From assembly GCA_013265495.1 (NCBI GenBank), contig MU058444.1:372001-436000 (forward strand): DNA of 64,000 nucleotides, in the 5' to 3' direction. Positions 49,201 to 63,900 of the stretch are shown one piece after another. Each line of letters opens with the position of its first letter. Position 1 is the stretch's first letter. The position numbers were made by a program, and so were the translations under genes. The DNA is from Vicugna vicugna. Its lineage: Eukaryota. Under the pieces are notes generated by a model. The model did not search any database. It was given only the letters and a program-made list of their open reading frames with translations, and was not told the origin of the DNA.

Positions 49201-51458
49201 TGCCTTTTCTCTCGAATGTGATGACTGTTCCCATCTTTCCCTAGCTGTTCTCTCAGGAAGCCAGACCCCTCTTAAAGCGGAAGAAATGCACACATATTCA
49301 TTATAATCCTCATTATCTTTTTCACATGTCAGTTTCCTGAGGACACTTTGCACCTGTGTGGTCCCAGGCACCTAGCAGATATGGTGCATCCATCTGAATA
49401 TACAAATATGTGTCTGTATATTGAAAATGGGGTCATATTATGTATGTTCTTTCGTAATTTAACAAACTTCTCATGGAAAATCTACATGCCCCAAAAGATA
49501 GAAATACATATTTTTGACATATTTTATTTTGTAGAAGAATCATAATTTATCTACCCAGCTCTCTCGTATTGGGCTGGTTTATAATGACTAGACCAACTAA
49601 AATGAAACCAAGTAAAGTAGTTTTAGTAGGAAAAAAGGTGCATTGCAATGTGTTTTTATTTCATCTCGCTTCACTCATTAATTCAGTCATCTTTACTGAT
49701 CGCCCGCTCTGTGCCAGACACTGTTTAAAGTGAGGGAATATCATAGCAAACCAACGTTTTAGTGAAAATAGAGAGATAATAAGCAACGTAAGTAGGAAAA
49801 ATATGTAATATGGAATCAAGCTAATCATTTACGATCTGCTACTTTTCTTAATGAGTGTGACACATTAAAAACTGATCAGCAAATATATATGTATATTTGT
49901 ATTATGTTCACCTGTGATCAGTACTACGGAGGAAGATTAAACAGGGAGTATTGGAGGAACATTTAAAATAGAGAGGCAGGGCCGTCCTGAGAAGGAGACA
50001 ACGGAAGGAGAGGAGAACAGCTGAGCTCCTTACGGGCTGAGATCTTGTCTTCTGGCTCATCCTTATGTGAGATCCCTGCCCCCGTGCGGCTCAGGATCTA
50101 AGGTCTAATGCTATCTGGGTTATTTCCAAGTTGTGAGATTCAGGACGATTTTTGTGTTGTAGATGTGTTTATATACACTCTTCCATATGAATGTTAAAAG
50201 TATATATTTCAATCTTTTCAGATGTTGCTACAACCGCTTTGATGGTAAGAGAGATGACCTCAACTTTAAAAATGTTTGCTTCCATTATTCTGTGAGCGTT
50301 ATCGCCGGCGGCCCGTGCCCTGAGAGTGAGCCACCTGCCCCCTCCGCCTCGTGCCCTTGAACTGCTGTTGAACCTGCCCTTCAGGCACAGAGGCCATCCT
50401 TTGTTGGGTCTAAGCACCAAGCTTTGCATTTGCATCTTTAAGTTTTGGCCCTAAAGTTTGCAAGTTTGGGAAATTGTAAGAGTTCACTGAAACCCTGAAC
50501 ACCTTGTACAGCAGCTGGAACGTGATCTGTCAGGCAGGCCTTTGGGAGCCTTTGCTCACCTCTCCATATTCTCTCCCCACTTGGAGAAAATGCTTTTCCT
50601 CCTCTTTGCTGGAGGTCACTCTGTTCCTGGCGCCTCTGGCCGACTGCTCTGTGAATCAGTACTTCCAGAAGCAGATGCTGGGAGACCCAGGAGCGAGGGA
50701 CCTCTTCTGCTTCCGAGAGGATGCTTTTATGTTTTTTGTTTTGTGGAGCGTGTTTTCAGCTCACTTGGTGACACTGAAAAAGCCCCAAATCTTCTATATG
50801 CAGAAAAATGCTAAAATCCATCTCTGAAAGCTTACCGGCAAGCGTGCCTTTATTTCTACAACTACTGTCTGCTTTGATGTCAAGTTCCCAGGTCTTCTTA
50901 GTGAAACACTTCTCTTACCAAGGGAAGAAGAAAGTTAAAAAGTACTTGCAACTGAAGGAAGGAGGAAAGAAAAGAATTTGCTTAGCAGGTTTTAACATTG
51001 GTTTTTCACTGCTGATGTTGGCGTAGAAGCTGATCTGTTCCAAACGCATTTGTACATCTCTTCTGTGATTTCCACAGTGTTCTAAGGTCGGAGTGTTATT
51101 TTTGTACACCCTTTGTCATGAGAAAACTAAGACACAGAAAAGATAAGAAAATTGCCCCAGGGCCTAAAATTAACATTTATTGAGGGATACCTGTATCAGG
51201 TAGGATTCTAAGTAATTTATGTATTTATTTATAAAGTACTTGTTTATTTGCCTCTCACAATAGCTCAGATAATTTTGGTATTGTTTCTACCCTCATTTTT
51301 TAGCTCAAGGAAACGAGGCATTGGGAAATTAAATGACTCACTGAAGGACACGCATAGCTAATTAGTGACAGAGATGCCATTTACCGCTGCAGAATGCTGG
51401 CTCCACCCAGGACACTGAAAACACTGTTCAGTACGGCTGTGCCACTGGGTAGACGGGT

Positions 51459-51500
51459 GACTGGGGCTGTGATCATGGGAGACTGGGGCTGTGATCACGG
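51459..51500 (+). repeat. 22-bp tandem duplication
   Basis: gactggggctgtgatca[t/c]gg at 51459 and 51481. Confidence 0.9.
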
Positions 51501-53274
51501 AATCCAAGCCCTGGAAAGTCTCTTAAGTTCGGTAGCTGCGATCCTGGTGTGAGAACCGCCTTGGGGTGCAGAAGGAAGGCAAACGGATCTCGGATTTTTC
51601 CTAACTATGACTGTGAGTTCACAACCAAGGGTATTCCTAGCAATTCCATTGATTCTATTGTCCACAAAGAATGACAGATGAATAAAATATCCGTGAATTT
51701 GTGTTCATGGGGACAGGAGTCACTTTTCCGGCAGCGGAATGTGTGTTCTTAGGAAATGTTGAGGATGCATATCTTCTCAAACTTTCCTTTTTCCTGGAGG
51801 AATCTCTTTATGACATCTGTAATAAAGACTCCCCCATTTCTATCCCCATTCAAGGCCATTTCCCTTTTTGAGGCAGTTTGTTCTATTTAGGGATAACTAA
51901 TTGTTGGAATCTTCTTTTTCATATACATATATGTATATGTTGCCCACAAGTATATTTTCAATCAAATCCATGTCCTGACTGCAGTAAAATATTTTGCTTT
52001 AAGGATTGCAGGATGCAGTGTGTAAATTCTGCTGTTAAATGGAGCTCCAGTTTTATCAAGAGAATACAGGGGATCTTTACAAACCATTTGCGATAAGGAG
52101 GTAAAAACAGACTCCATGGTTGGACAAATATATTAATAGTTATTAACGGCAGAGAAAAATCTAACCTGTGATAATACTGTGTTAATTTCCATAGTTTCTT
52201 CCACTTTACCTCTGGAACTTTTATTGTAAAGGCAGGTGGTAGTGGTCAGGCTAATAAAAGCAAGTAATTTTGGATTACAGGCTAAGAACAAAAAAGAATT
52301 TACACTGTGTGAAGATGTGTGTCTGTGTTTTAAGGGGGATGGAAAGAGAAGGATGCGGGAGAATTAATTGGGCAAATCAACTGAAAGCCTCTGTTTACAA
52401 TTAGGTGTTTTATTGCAAATGTCAACATTTCAAGTCTTAAAATTCAATTTGTTAGGTAGTTAGCAAGCATCACCAAGGTGGCAGACTTCGTGTCAGGAGC
52501 TAGGGGATGAAGGCGGTTAAAGCACAGATGGGGTCCTTGCCTTTGGAACATCGTGAGTGCTGGCGCGGGTACCTGCCGAGGGCGGCAGGAGGGCTGGACT
52601 GCAGGCAGAATTCCACCTGATAAGCCCGTGCCTGGGCGCAGGGCTGCGTCTCCCTGGGGAGAGGGGACCTTTATCTAACCCGCACAGACGTGCTGGAAGG
52701 GCTTGTGGCCAACTGCCTGCCTTTAGAGGACTGACATTCTAACAAGAAAGGCAGTCTTTAAACAAATAACTATGTAATTAGTATTACAAAAGGGAGATGT
52801 GAGACAGGAAACGATTTAATTTAGGTCAAAAGGCCAGGAAAAGCCTCCTGGAGAACAGGACATCTCAGATGCACACCGAAGCGGAGAACTAGGAGTTGGA
52901 GCCGCCCTGGTTTAGGTGAAAAGGGACCAGCGCTCTCTTCCATGCCTCTCACAGGACGGAGTTGGTGGCATCGGCCCCTCAAACAGACATCGAATATGGG
53001 CTCAATGACAGTTGTTGTAATTCACAGTGAGCTGGCGGTAAGAACCAGATGTCTAGGGGAGGATAAAGAGAGAGAGAAGGAGAAACCGGAGGACATACAG
53101 AGAAAGTTATCTGGACATGAACTTAACCTCTTCAGCCCCTGCAGTAAATTGGAGCTGACAGCTCTCTGGTTGACCCCGATGGTCAACATCAAAAACAGCA
53201 ACAAGTAGGGAAAATCCTGTAAGTCCATAATAATAACGATGCCTTGTAGCTTAGAAAGTGATGTACTTGTATAT

Positions 53275-53360
53275 ATATTTTTAATGGAGGCACTGGGGAT
53301 TGAACCCTGGACTTCATGCACTCTAAGCACATGCTCTACCACTGAGCTGTACCCTACCCC
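53275..53360 (-). mobile_element. Vic-1-type SINE
   Basis: ggaggcactggggattgaaccctggacttcatgcactctaagcacatgctctaccactgagctgtacc; no clear TSD. Confidence 0.9.
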
Positions 53361-56300
53361 AGCTGGGTTTACTTTTTCAAGGCATGGAGGAAAGAGAGAG
53401 ATGGAGATAGAGAAGGGGGCGCGTGAGAGAGGGACTGTGTTGACAACTGTATCTTCAAAGATCTGAGTCCCTGTGTTCAGACACCTTGCTTTCTCTCCTT
53501 CCTTCCCTCTGTTCCTTTCAGCTCGAATGTGCTGTTCTGCAGTTTTGGATGAAGGAAAAGATGGTGCTTAGACCTCAAATCCATTCAGACTTATAATTGA
53601 AGCCTTTTACCGGAGAATCTGGTCTTTGGACTCTTATTAATAAAATGGTACTTTGATTTGTCTTGGTGTGTGTGGCTCCCTCAGAACTCGGGGGAGTTGA
53701 GGTCACTGGCCAAACTCAGGCATTCCTATACGTTTTGCCATCATCCTATTCAAATGCTGCTGCTAATTTCTGCTAATCCTGCCTCTTTCTTCTCAAAATT
53801 GAAAGGAGACTAACGTATGAGGAATAAAAATACTTGAGTAAATAGGACGCGAATTAAAGTTTGATGACAATTCATAAAATTCTGGAATGTGATCAGCTGC
53901 AAATTTCTCATTTCATGGACATGACATAGATATAAAGGTAAGAAGTCACCCAGTTAATGAGTGGGTGACCCTGGATTCACCAGGGAATATCATTTTAATT
54001 ATCCTGCTGACCATAAATAATGAGCTCGTATTATTGGCTTGTTGAAAGGCTAGCATGTCTTTATTGTGATTGGATAGCGAGTTAATGGTTTTTAGGGAGA
54101 AAAAGAGAGCAGTAGACCATGTCCGAGTTTGTTGTCTATTACTTTGGTTTATGAATGGAGTAATCACTCTTTCAGTCTGGTCAAATTTAGTGTCTTTTCT
54201 CCAGTGGGCTTTTTCTCATCTAGTTCTAAAAATATTTTGAATCTTGATTGCCGATGCGATCTATTTCATTCATAATGGGTGTGCATTGATTTCTCCAAAA
54301 GTTTTGTCCAAAACGTAGACTTCTGTTGAAATATTTTAAAGATACTAAATATACTGCCCTTGGATAACATTATTATATGCATTTTATAAATGGAGAGAAT
54401 TAAGGTAGTTGAAAAGTGGAAATGACATTCGGTTACTGTGTCTGGAGAAATCTTATGTAGTTTCAGATATTCTCCCAGAAATGCCTAGATATCTCCAAAG
54501 CCACTGAAAGCTAGAGTTACATCTACTCTCCTTTTTAAAGATGACAATATTGTGTGTTAAATAGACATCATTCATGCCGAAATTCTAAAGTGCTTCACGC
54601 TTAACGTGGCATTTTCCTGAATCACAGTTACTTTAAGCGACTCTTTCTTCTTAAGTTCAACCGAGATGTAAGAAATCTTAGGGGAGCAGTTGTTTACCTG
54701 GGTTGTAATTTGACCTTTCATTTTAAAAAACCAATATTCCTAAATGTCTCCAAAGGGCCAGGCGGGAGAAAACAGGAAGCAAACTTAGCTGGAGGAGAAT
54801 GTTCGTTGGTGCCATGTTTATTCTGTGTGGAGATCAAGGCTGTAGGATCTGACTTCCACTTTGCATCCTAACCTGAGCTGTGCGAGCTCATTTATATGCC
54901 CTGAGTCATTCAGGTAATACATATTTCAATAATGTTTAGAGATCATTAGATGAAAATGGAATCTAGGGAATGGGGAGGAGAAATGTTGTTGCTATCAAGG
55001 GCAACACATTTGTCAAGGGTTATATAAGTAGCAATTATTCTAATATCTTATTTTTGGAAGTAGATGGCTGCAAAAGAGAATAGAGAATAAGAAATTATTT
55101 AGTAAGGATAATAATCGAGCAGGAAGAGGGTTAGAAAAGAAGAGAATAAAAAAGAAGACAGAGGATCATTCACAGGATGACGACAGAAAACAGACAAATA
55201 GAGAAAAATCTATACACATACATTTGATAGCGGAAGAAGACACACAAACCAATACATATTTAGCCACAACACCCTGGGGAGGCACTTGGATGGGGGCAGA
55301 TAAGGGAGAGAGATCTAGAGATGTTCATTAGAGGCACAAACTGAGCTTCACACTTTTATTGATTCTTTGGGTAAAGAATTTTTGAATTTGGGTTGGGTTT
55401 CATAGTTCTGGCCATGGTCAGTGAAGACAAGGGGGGAAAGTTTACCAAAGATCCAGGGGGTGGGGGTTGAGACATCTGGGGAAAGTGTCTTGGACGCTAG
55501 AAACTGTCACATACAGTTTGTCAATTCCACTCGCCAAAGCAGTTTTCCCAACTTGCTTTTGTTTTGCAAGAATCTCACCCTATCAATAGAAAAACAGCTG
55601 GTTTAGGAAGAAAACAGAGACAAGGAAAAGGAGATGGTTCACCTGACTGAGTGACTTGTCTTGAGGACAAGGACCAGACGAGCAGTGGACCAAACTGTAT
55701 CGGGAGAAAACTGAGTTCCCAACTGGGCTTGCCAGCCACACAGTCCTGAGTTGATTGCTTAAAATGTGAGCTTGTTCTGTATCCGCACATGGAAGTAAAA
55801 CCTTGTCTTACTGGACTGCCTTGGGTATCAACTGTGATAGTGTGTGTTTTTTCCTAACTGTAAAGTGGACAAAATAGGAAAGCTACCACTGTCACTATTA
55901 CCTCATTGTGTCCAAGACTTTATACTGGGCACCAGGCTCCAACCTTGGAAGAATCTATGTAATTCCAGACATAAAATGTACAAAATGAATTTAAGTGGTG
56001 TTGAATAAAATGAGACCTTTTATGTCCCAAACACTGTGCCAGGATCCAGATACAAAAATGAGTAAGATTTCATCTCAGCCCTCAGGAAGTTTACAGTGGA
56101 GAATTAGTGTAAAAAAGAAAAAAGAGAACACAAATTGTATTATAATAATATTAACAATGCAGATGTGAGAGACAAAGGAGATGTGATCAGAGCCTTCGAT
56201 GGGAGAGGAAAATCTCAGAAGGATGGAAGGAGAAAGCGAAGGTCCGTTTAGAAAAGTCTTCAAGCATGAGGATTTCCCAGGAATTTGTGACAATCTCATT

Positions 56301-56624
56301 ACTTTCTCAAGTTGGTTTATCTATTTTTTTTTAGAGCCCTCTTTTTAAAGAAGAAAAATCTTTGCTTTGAAATGTACTTATTTTTCACTCTGCACATTTG
56401 AAACATTTCATTTGAGGAGATTTCTGAAGTCCTTTCCAGCTGACCTGATTTTACATTGGTCTACTTTGTGATAAAAAAGGGAAGAGCATCTGGAGTCATC
56501 ATTCCAGTCCTTCCCCACCTGAAGGTCGGGGCACACCGACCAAAGCAGAGAGCGAATGACTCATCCTTATAATGATGGAGACTCTTCTTTAGGGTTTCTT
56601 ATATCCAAACACTATCCTAATGTA

Positions 56625-56830
56625 TTCATTCTCTTGCGGTTGGCTCTTTTGTTCCTTTTTGTGGTTTGATAATTTTCTTTTGTATTAGCTTGGTTTCTTT
56701 TTGGTTTTTGTGAATTATTGATAGATGTGTGCTTATGGCCATTTTGAACTGTTTTCCAGTTGATTTGTATTTCTTCTTTTTGTTCCTTTCTTTTCCTTTT
56801 TGTTTTTCTTTTTGTGGTTTCTCTTTTTTC
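56625..56830 (-). mobile_element. L1 internal fragment (inter-ORF region / ORF2 start)
   Basis: Minus-strand KMAISTHLSII resembles the L1 ORF2 start, set in A-rich low-complexity sequence. Confidence 0.55.
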
Positions 56831-58493
56831 TTACCATCCCAGTAATAATTGTCACTCTCTTTTCCTAACCCCCCACCCCCCTCCGTTGTCAAGTTCTTTG
56901 ATGAAGATGAAGCTTTTTTTTAAAACGTTGTTTGAATTCAGTCCATCTGTCCCCGACAGCTACTACCTTGGAATATTTCAGAGGACTTTTGCAAGTCCTT
57001 TGTCCAGGCTACTCAGCGGATTGCAGCCAGGTCAATAGCCCTAATGGGACCTTTCCAGTAAATCAGGTGATGTTCTTATTTTAAAACTTGATAGTTCTCC
57101 TCCATGGTTAAGTCAAAACTGCTTTGGATTTTAAGACGATCTGTGGTGTAGGCCAGTCTCCAACTGCTCACCTTTCTGAACCCCTTAACTGTAATCTGAT
57201 TGACATATTTTTTCCTAAAAGCAGAGACCCTTTCATTTTCTGTCATAGGATGAAGGGGAAGGAAAAGAGAGATGAGGAATGGAAATGCTCACTCATCCCT
57301 CAGCCGACTTCTCCTCTCAGCCTCTGCTAATCCTGGCTTTAATATTCATTTCTCGATTTTTTAAAGTGGAAAAAAAATTAAGGAAATAACCTATGGTCAT
57401 TGGAAAACAAATGAAAATAAGGAAAAAGCCAAGTTTAAGGTAGCCTCTTCATATATTTTTGAACAGAGATCAGATCTTGTGCCTGCCATGTAGGGTCTCA
57501 ATAAATGTTTGTTGAATGAGTAAATGAATGTTCAGGGCCAGAATTACCATGAGCCAAATTGTGAGACCTTTGGCTTCTTCCTCTGATCCCTCAGTTAGTT
57601 TCTCCACCTTTTCCCCCTTCACCTTGTTTCTCTTTTAACCTGAAAACTCTCTTGTCAGTGTGTATGTACATGCGTGTGGGTATGTGCACTTTTAAAAATT
57701 AATCGGAGAAAAAAATTACACTTGAAGCTTAATTATTTTGTAATATTTGCAGGAAATATCTTGCATATGATAAAGATATTATGACTTTGGCATATTTATC
57801 AGTGCTACGATAACTGTACATATGATGAATTTTTTTGCTTGTCATTTGTGTGTAAATGTGCTGCAAATAGGTATTCAGGGATTTAAGCCATTTAAGCCAT
57901 TACTTACCATTGTTATGGTAAGTAAATTTGCTCAAGATAGAGTTACCCTAAAAAGTCAAACCTTTTTAAGAATAGACGTGATCAAATGGACGGGGGAGGC
58001 AGAGCTAAGGCAGTGGTGAGCTTTCTTCATACAGAGAATGAAACTTTTGTTCCAAATGTTACTGCCCAGTGCAGAATATTTCTTAGAGAATCCACTGGGT
58101 ACTTTTAGACTTCTACACTGAGCTAAACTGGTAAAAAGAGTTAGAAAGATTATTTATAGATTTAAATTAAATAACTTGCTTTATCAGAAATTCAGATTTG
58201 AAGCAGTAGAGAGTTTCACTGTATATATACGCTGTACTGTAACTACTTCTGAGGCCAGGGTAGGGAGAGTCTGGAATTAGCAAGCAGCTGCCTTTCAGGA
58301 GCTCTCCCTTAATACAATTTTTCTGTGTTGCTAAGACTCATATTTTGAACAGGAGGGAGTTAATGACTAAAGAGGGTTAGTGCTGGAGTGACTGAGTGGC
58401 TTTTCATTTAGATGGTCAGTGCATGCACCCTAGCTCTGCTCAGACTAGCTCTAAAATCTGAGGCAATAAACTTCTTTCTCCCTTGGCTTTCTT

Positions 58494-59232
58494 TCTTTTT
58501 AATATTTTTATTATTTTTTTATTGAAGTATAATTGATTTACTATGTTGTGTTAGTTTCTGGAGTACAGCATAGCAATTCAGTTGTATGTGTATATGTTCT
58601 TTTCCATCATAGGCTATTACAAGACATTGAATGTAGTTCCCTGTGCTGTACAGTAGGACCTTGTTGTTCATCTATTTTATACAGAGTCGTTTGCATCTGT
58701 TAATGCCAGACTCCTAATTTATCCCAGCATCCCCCTTCCCCTTTGGTAACCACAAGTTTGTTTTCTATGTTTTGTAAGTTAAGTTCATTGCATCATATTT
58801 TAGATTCCACATATGAGTGATGCCATATGATATTTGTCTTTCTCTGTCTGACTTACTTCTCTTAGTACTGATGATGTCCAGGTCCATCTATGTTGCTGCA
58901 AATGGCAACATATCATTCCTTTTTAATGGCTGAGTAGGATTCCATTGTGTATATATATCACACTTTCTTTATCCAGTCATCTGTTGATGGACATTTAAGT
59001 TGCTTCCATGTATTGGCTATTGTAAATAGTGCTGCTGTGAACACTGAGGTGCATGTATCTTTTCAAATTAGAGTTTTCTCCAGATATATGCCCAGGAGTG
59101 GGATTGCTGGATCATGTGGTAAGTGACTTTTTAGCTTTTAAAGGCATCTCTGTACTATTTTCCATACGTTCCCACCAACAGTGTAGGAGGGTTCCTTTTC
59201 TCCACATCCTCCCCAGCATTTATAATTTGTGA
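58494..59232 (-). mobile_element. 5'-truncated L1 inserted into a MIR
   Basis: Typical 3'UTR and ORF2 end; 17-bp TSD tctcccttgg[c/t]tttctt at 58477-58493 and 59233-59249; MIR-like halves on either side. Confidence 0.95.
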
Positions 59233-60714
59233 TCTCCCTTGGTTTTCTTATCTGAAGAATATAAACGTACCCACATCTTATGATTGTTATGTGGCTGAAA
59301 TGAACTGCTCCATGCTAAACACCCAGAAGTTTACCCGATAAATACTCATTGTGTGTTTGCAGTTGTTATCAGGACTAAATTATAAAGAATCACTTCTTAT
59401 TACATCAAAGCTACCTCTAGTTAAAAAAAAATCAAGGATAGAGTTTTCTTACTCTTTCAAAGAGGATTTAGATGCATTTGTAAAGATAATAACCAAATGT
59501 ATCAGAGGAATGGAGCCAAGGATGAATACTAGCTAAATCATTCTTTTTTCTCAGGGAAAAGCAATCACGAAAGTCTTAAACTAGAACATAAAGGCATTAG
59601 AGAAACATGAAGGGAGAATATACCAGTGAGACCTGTTAATTCTAAGTGAAGTTTTAAATCTGGGATGCTTCAGGCAGGTCTGTCTTCGGCAGCACTTGGG
59701 TTAATTTTTCAGTGTCCTCCATTCTCATGGGCTTCCTGCTACACCTCCCCCCTGCGGCTCAAGCCCTTCCTGGACCATCCAGTCCAGGCCCCCTCTGATC
59801 TACTCAGCCAATGTAAATTTTATATATTCCTCCTTGTCCTCATCTCCAACCTTTGCTGATTTAATTGCTTTAACTTTATTCAATAATCTTTTCAATGGTA
59901 GCAAAATGGACTTCTGACTCTGATAACTCTATATGTAATCTGTTTTTTTTTGACAATCGCTTCTAGTTTTCATACCAGTGAAACTGTACGTAGTTGTAAG
60001 CAAAAGGTACCTATAGTTTCATATTTTATTTTGTCCACTCATCATTTTTTCTGTCCTTTCTACATTTATCTTAGCTGTGTAGAATCAGTCATCAGATTTC
60101 TATATGAACCTCGAATACTTTCCTATCATTGACTATTTGGGTTGTTTTTCTGTTTTTCTCTTAAAATGCTTTTATAAATGTCTGCTTTTTTTTTTTTCAT
60201 TTTCACATTATTTCCTTAGAACAAATTCCAAAAGTTGGATTATTAGGTCAAAGGCATAAATTTTTCTATACATCAGCATATATGTTCACACATAGCCAGG
60301 TGTCCCTTAAAAGTAGTAAGTTTCTATTTCTATCAGCATTAAATATGTGCAATATATTTGGCTTATAAACCCTTACTATACTAATTTCCGAGGTTTTAGA
60401 AATAAATGATTTGACTAACTCACATTGATGTATAAGTGATCGGTGGCCTTTTCTTTCCTCATTTTGGAAAGAAATTCTAAGCAATCTGAGTGTGTATGTG
60501 TGTGTGTGCATATATGTTAACACGAACTTCTGAATATTTAGAGGACTTCAGTATTTTGGTCACACCGTATAACACACTGTAAAATTTCTTTACTTAGGAA
60601 GGCCAGTTTAAGCAGAGTTTATTGAGATAGATTCTGACTGAGGGAAGGCAATAAATGTTTCTCCCAGCATTATATTATTATAATTTAATGAGACATAGAT
60701 TGGTTTTGCAGGTG

Positions 60715-60920
60715 ATTTGTTACTTCAGCAAACACTTAGAGAACCTCCTCCTTGTCCAAAGCACTGAATCAGGTGCTGTGGCAGCTACAAAGATGTAAAA
60801 ACCCCACTTGCAGCCCTCAGCGACCTTCTAGTCAGATAAGGGGAATGACACGTGACCACAAACCAATACAATACTAATTAGAAAGTGAGGTCTCATCCAA
60901 AAAAATAATGTGATAGTTAA
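60715..60920 (-). mobile_element. L2 3' fragment
   Basis: ttcagcaaacacttagagaacctcc...aagcactgaatcaggtgctgtg...gccctcagcgaccttctagtcaga. Confidence 0.65.
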
Positions 60921-63900
60921 GTTCAGAAAGAAGTTGCTTTGATGAAGTGATGATTTATCTTAAACCTAAATATTCAACATCAGTGATCTCTAGAGGAGAA
61001 AAAAAATTCCATTCTCACTTCCACTGTAAGGTTAGGGAGACGAATTTTCAAAGCCAATTATATTAAGTTATTCTGCCTTCATCAGCCGCATTGACACATG
61101 GAAATATTTGGGAAACCTTACGAAATTCCAACATCCTTGTGGAACACAAACACATTGTAATTTACCAAAGGCATTTATTTCTCGAGATATAATCTCTTCT
61201 GGGGAAGACGAAGGGTGAGATGAGTGGGAGAAGCACTCATGAATTTCAAATTTCATGGCTTGACATTCGATCTTTAGCATGAGACTAAGATTAATTCAGT
61301 ATATAGTATGTGTTTGTAGCTGAAATCACTGAATATACTGAAATTGATAAAAAGAAGAAAAAAATGAGTTTGACACACTATTTGACAGTTTTCATTACAT
61401 TATATGCACGGCATGTTCAATAAAATACACAGTTCAGAAATAAAACAAGAAGGAAAATCTGAAATTGGCACTTCAACTCTTTCTTTTAGAACGGTACCTA
61501 ATTAACCTTTAACAGCTTCAGAATCTCTAATTAGCAGATTCTTTAGAAACAGACATAAAAGTTTTCCTTCTTTCCTAAAATCATCAGCTCACCCCAATCC
61601 TCTTTCTAGAATTAGATTTGATCACTTTTTCTCCAGGTTCAGTTCCAAATGTACCTGTTCGCTTCTAAACAGGCAGTCAGCATTTTGAGATTCTCTTAGG
61701 TTGAAAGGCTAATCGCCTAGAGTGAATTCTGTACTTTAATATTCAAGTCACAAAGGTAAAAGCTGTTCTGCCTGGAGCCTGTACTTTGAAGGCTGCAGGC
61801 AGAAGACTGAGGAAATGCGGAATGCCACAAAACCTCAACTACCTTCATTAGAGTCTTCAGGACTGGCAAAGTGATAGGAATCAAACTTTGTATCATTTTA
61901 GGACAAAATTGTATTTTATTGACTCACACATGCAAACCAAGGTTGAAAAATCCAGATGCAGCTGAGGGTGGAATGCTCAGGCCTCCAGGGATTTGTCAAA
62001 CTGAGATTTACCGCAGCTGGGCTCTCCCCTGGACAGGGTTGCCTTGTGGCTGGACAGGTCACCAGTGGCTCCTGAATTTTATGTCTTAAAACCCTGCCAT
62101 CCATGTGGCCGATGGGCTTCAACGATCCACTCCCCAGTTTAAACATCCAGAAGAAAGTTCTTGTTGGTCCAGCTCAGGTGAGCTGTTAATACTGAGCGTG
62201 GTCTGGTGAAATAATTACTGGAACCCGTTCTGCCAGAAGCAATCTTAAACACTGTCCATTACTTTTTAACTTTGCCTCTCACACCGACTCTGTGAGATCA
62301 GAATTGTTACCGCTTTCATTTAATACATGATATAATTGAGGCGTAAAGACTTAGGTGGCTTGTCTCGGTTTGCGGGCTAGTAAATCTCACAGCCAGGAGT
62401 TGCTTTGGGGGATCTATCTTCTTCCAGAGCTCCCACCAGCCGTCTTCCATGGTCTATCCCTGTGGTTAACCTCCTCTGGGTCAAGTGTGCTTCTCCCAGT
62501 CCATTGCCAGGTGGAGAGCTCATGAGGTGCATGCCAACTCCCAGAGCAGTCAGGGTGAAGGTGATGGTGGGAGTGGAGAAACGTCCTGCAGGAGAGGGCA
62601 GCATAACAGGTGTCCTCTATGTTCCTACCGCCACCTGTAGGTCTCGGTGCTGTTTGTTACGCCAGCTGGTGCTGCTCTCCCTGACTAATACAGGTCACTT
62701 CATGTTCAACGCTGGTCCAAACATCCCAAGACTCCTCTTTGTGTCTCCAGGTCTGAGCCCAGATCTCACAATTTCACTGATGGTTCCTTTTTTTCTACCA
62801 TTTTATTTATTCACTTACTAGAGAGAGGAGATATATTTGTTTCTTCTTGAGACAATTTCAAGGTTATTCAGTGAATGTTATCCCTTCCTTCTCAATGAAG
62901 TGGGTTAATCTTTCTCGTTGGGATATTTAGAAATAACCAATAGTACAACTATATTTACATATACATGTTCAGGTGGGGACCTTTACAATCACTTGATGAT
63001 GAAAATACTGCTCCTTATTTCAGAATTATTTAAAATACTCAAAAATTCCAGACAAGATGTCTTTAAAAAAAAAAGACTCAAATCAGCTGTATTTTTATTT
63101 CAGGCATAAGGGACTGAACCACAAAGCGAGCTTAAACTATATCTCATCTCTCTTTGGACTGTGGTGTTTCATCAATAAAATTCTTAGGAAGGTTGTGAAA
63201 AGATGCTGGCAAAATGTGGAGTGGTCGAGTTCAAAGTTTTGATTGATTGATTGATTGATTTTTGTAAAGCATTTTTTATCTTCGCACCAACGTGTCCACT
63301 ATTCAGTTACTCCTTTTGTCCCAATTGTCCCCCTTCTCTGCTCCCTTTGGAGGTAAACGATGCGAAATGATTGTTTTCACTCCTTAGTGTTGGCATGAAG
63401 GGGTGGACCATTCCTGCCACCCAGGCAAGACTCCTGTTTTCTCGAGACAGCTGTCCACCTCATCTCTTGAGTCAGTCTCCTTGCCACATTCATCATTTTT
63501 GTTGTTTTTTCTTCCGTTTTCTCAGCTACTTAGTATCACGCTGGGACCAGCTCAGTTTGATATAATGTCAGATTTTCCATGTCTTTCTTTCCCCATCTCC
63601 TCCATAGTTGATATCCTACATAATGGTAAATGTTAAACTAGACCACTTTACCCAGAGATTCTCTGCTGATGTTTTCGTCATAGAGATACAGTGAGTACAT
63701 TTAACTAATGGTTTCCAAGCTCACAGCTTATGTAATATGCCTCTAGGGTCACACTGCTGCTTTTGTTTCTGGAAAAGGCAGGCATGCCAACTTTATTGCA
63801 TGCAAAATTTGCCTTGGATCCTTGAAGAACCCTTTCCAACAGTTATTATGTTATCCTGTAATCTTTTGCTACCCTCATCAAAAAGAAAATAAATATAATA

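Noticed and set aside
61296..61343. Short inverted repeat ttcagtatat...atatactgaa
   Set aside because: Only ~10 bp and AT-rich; too weak to call a pre-miRNA or MITE.
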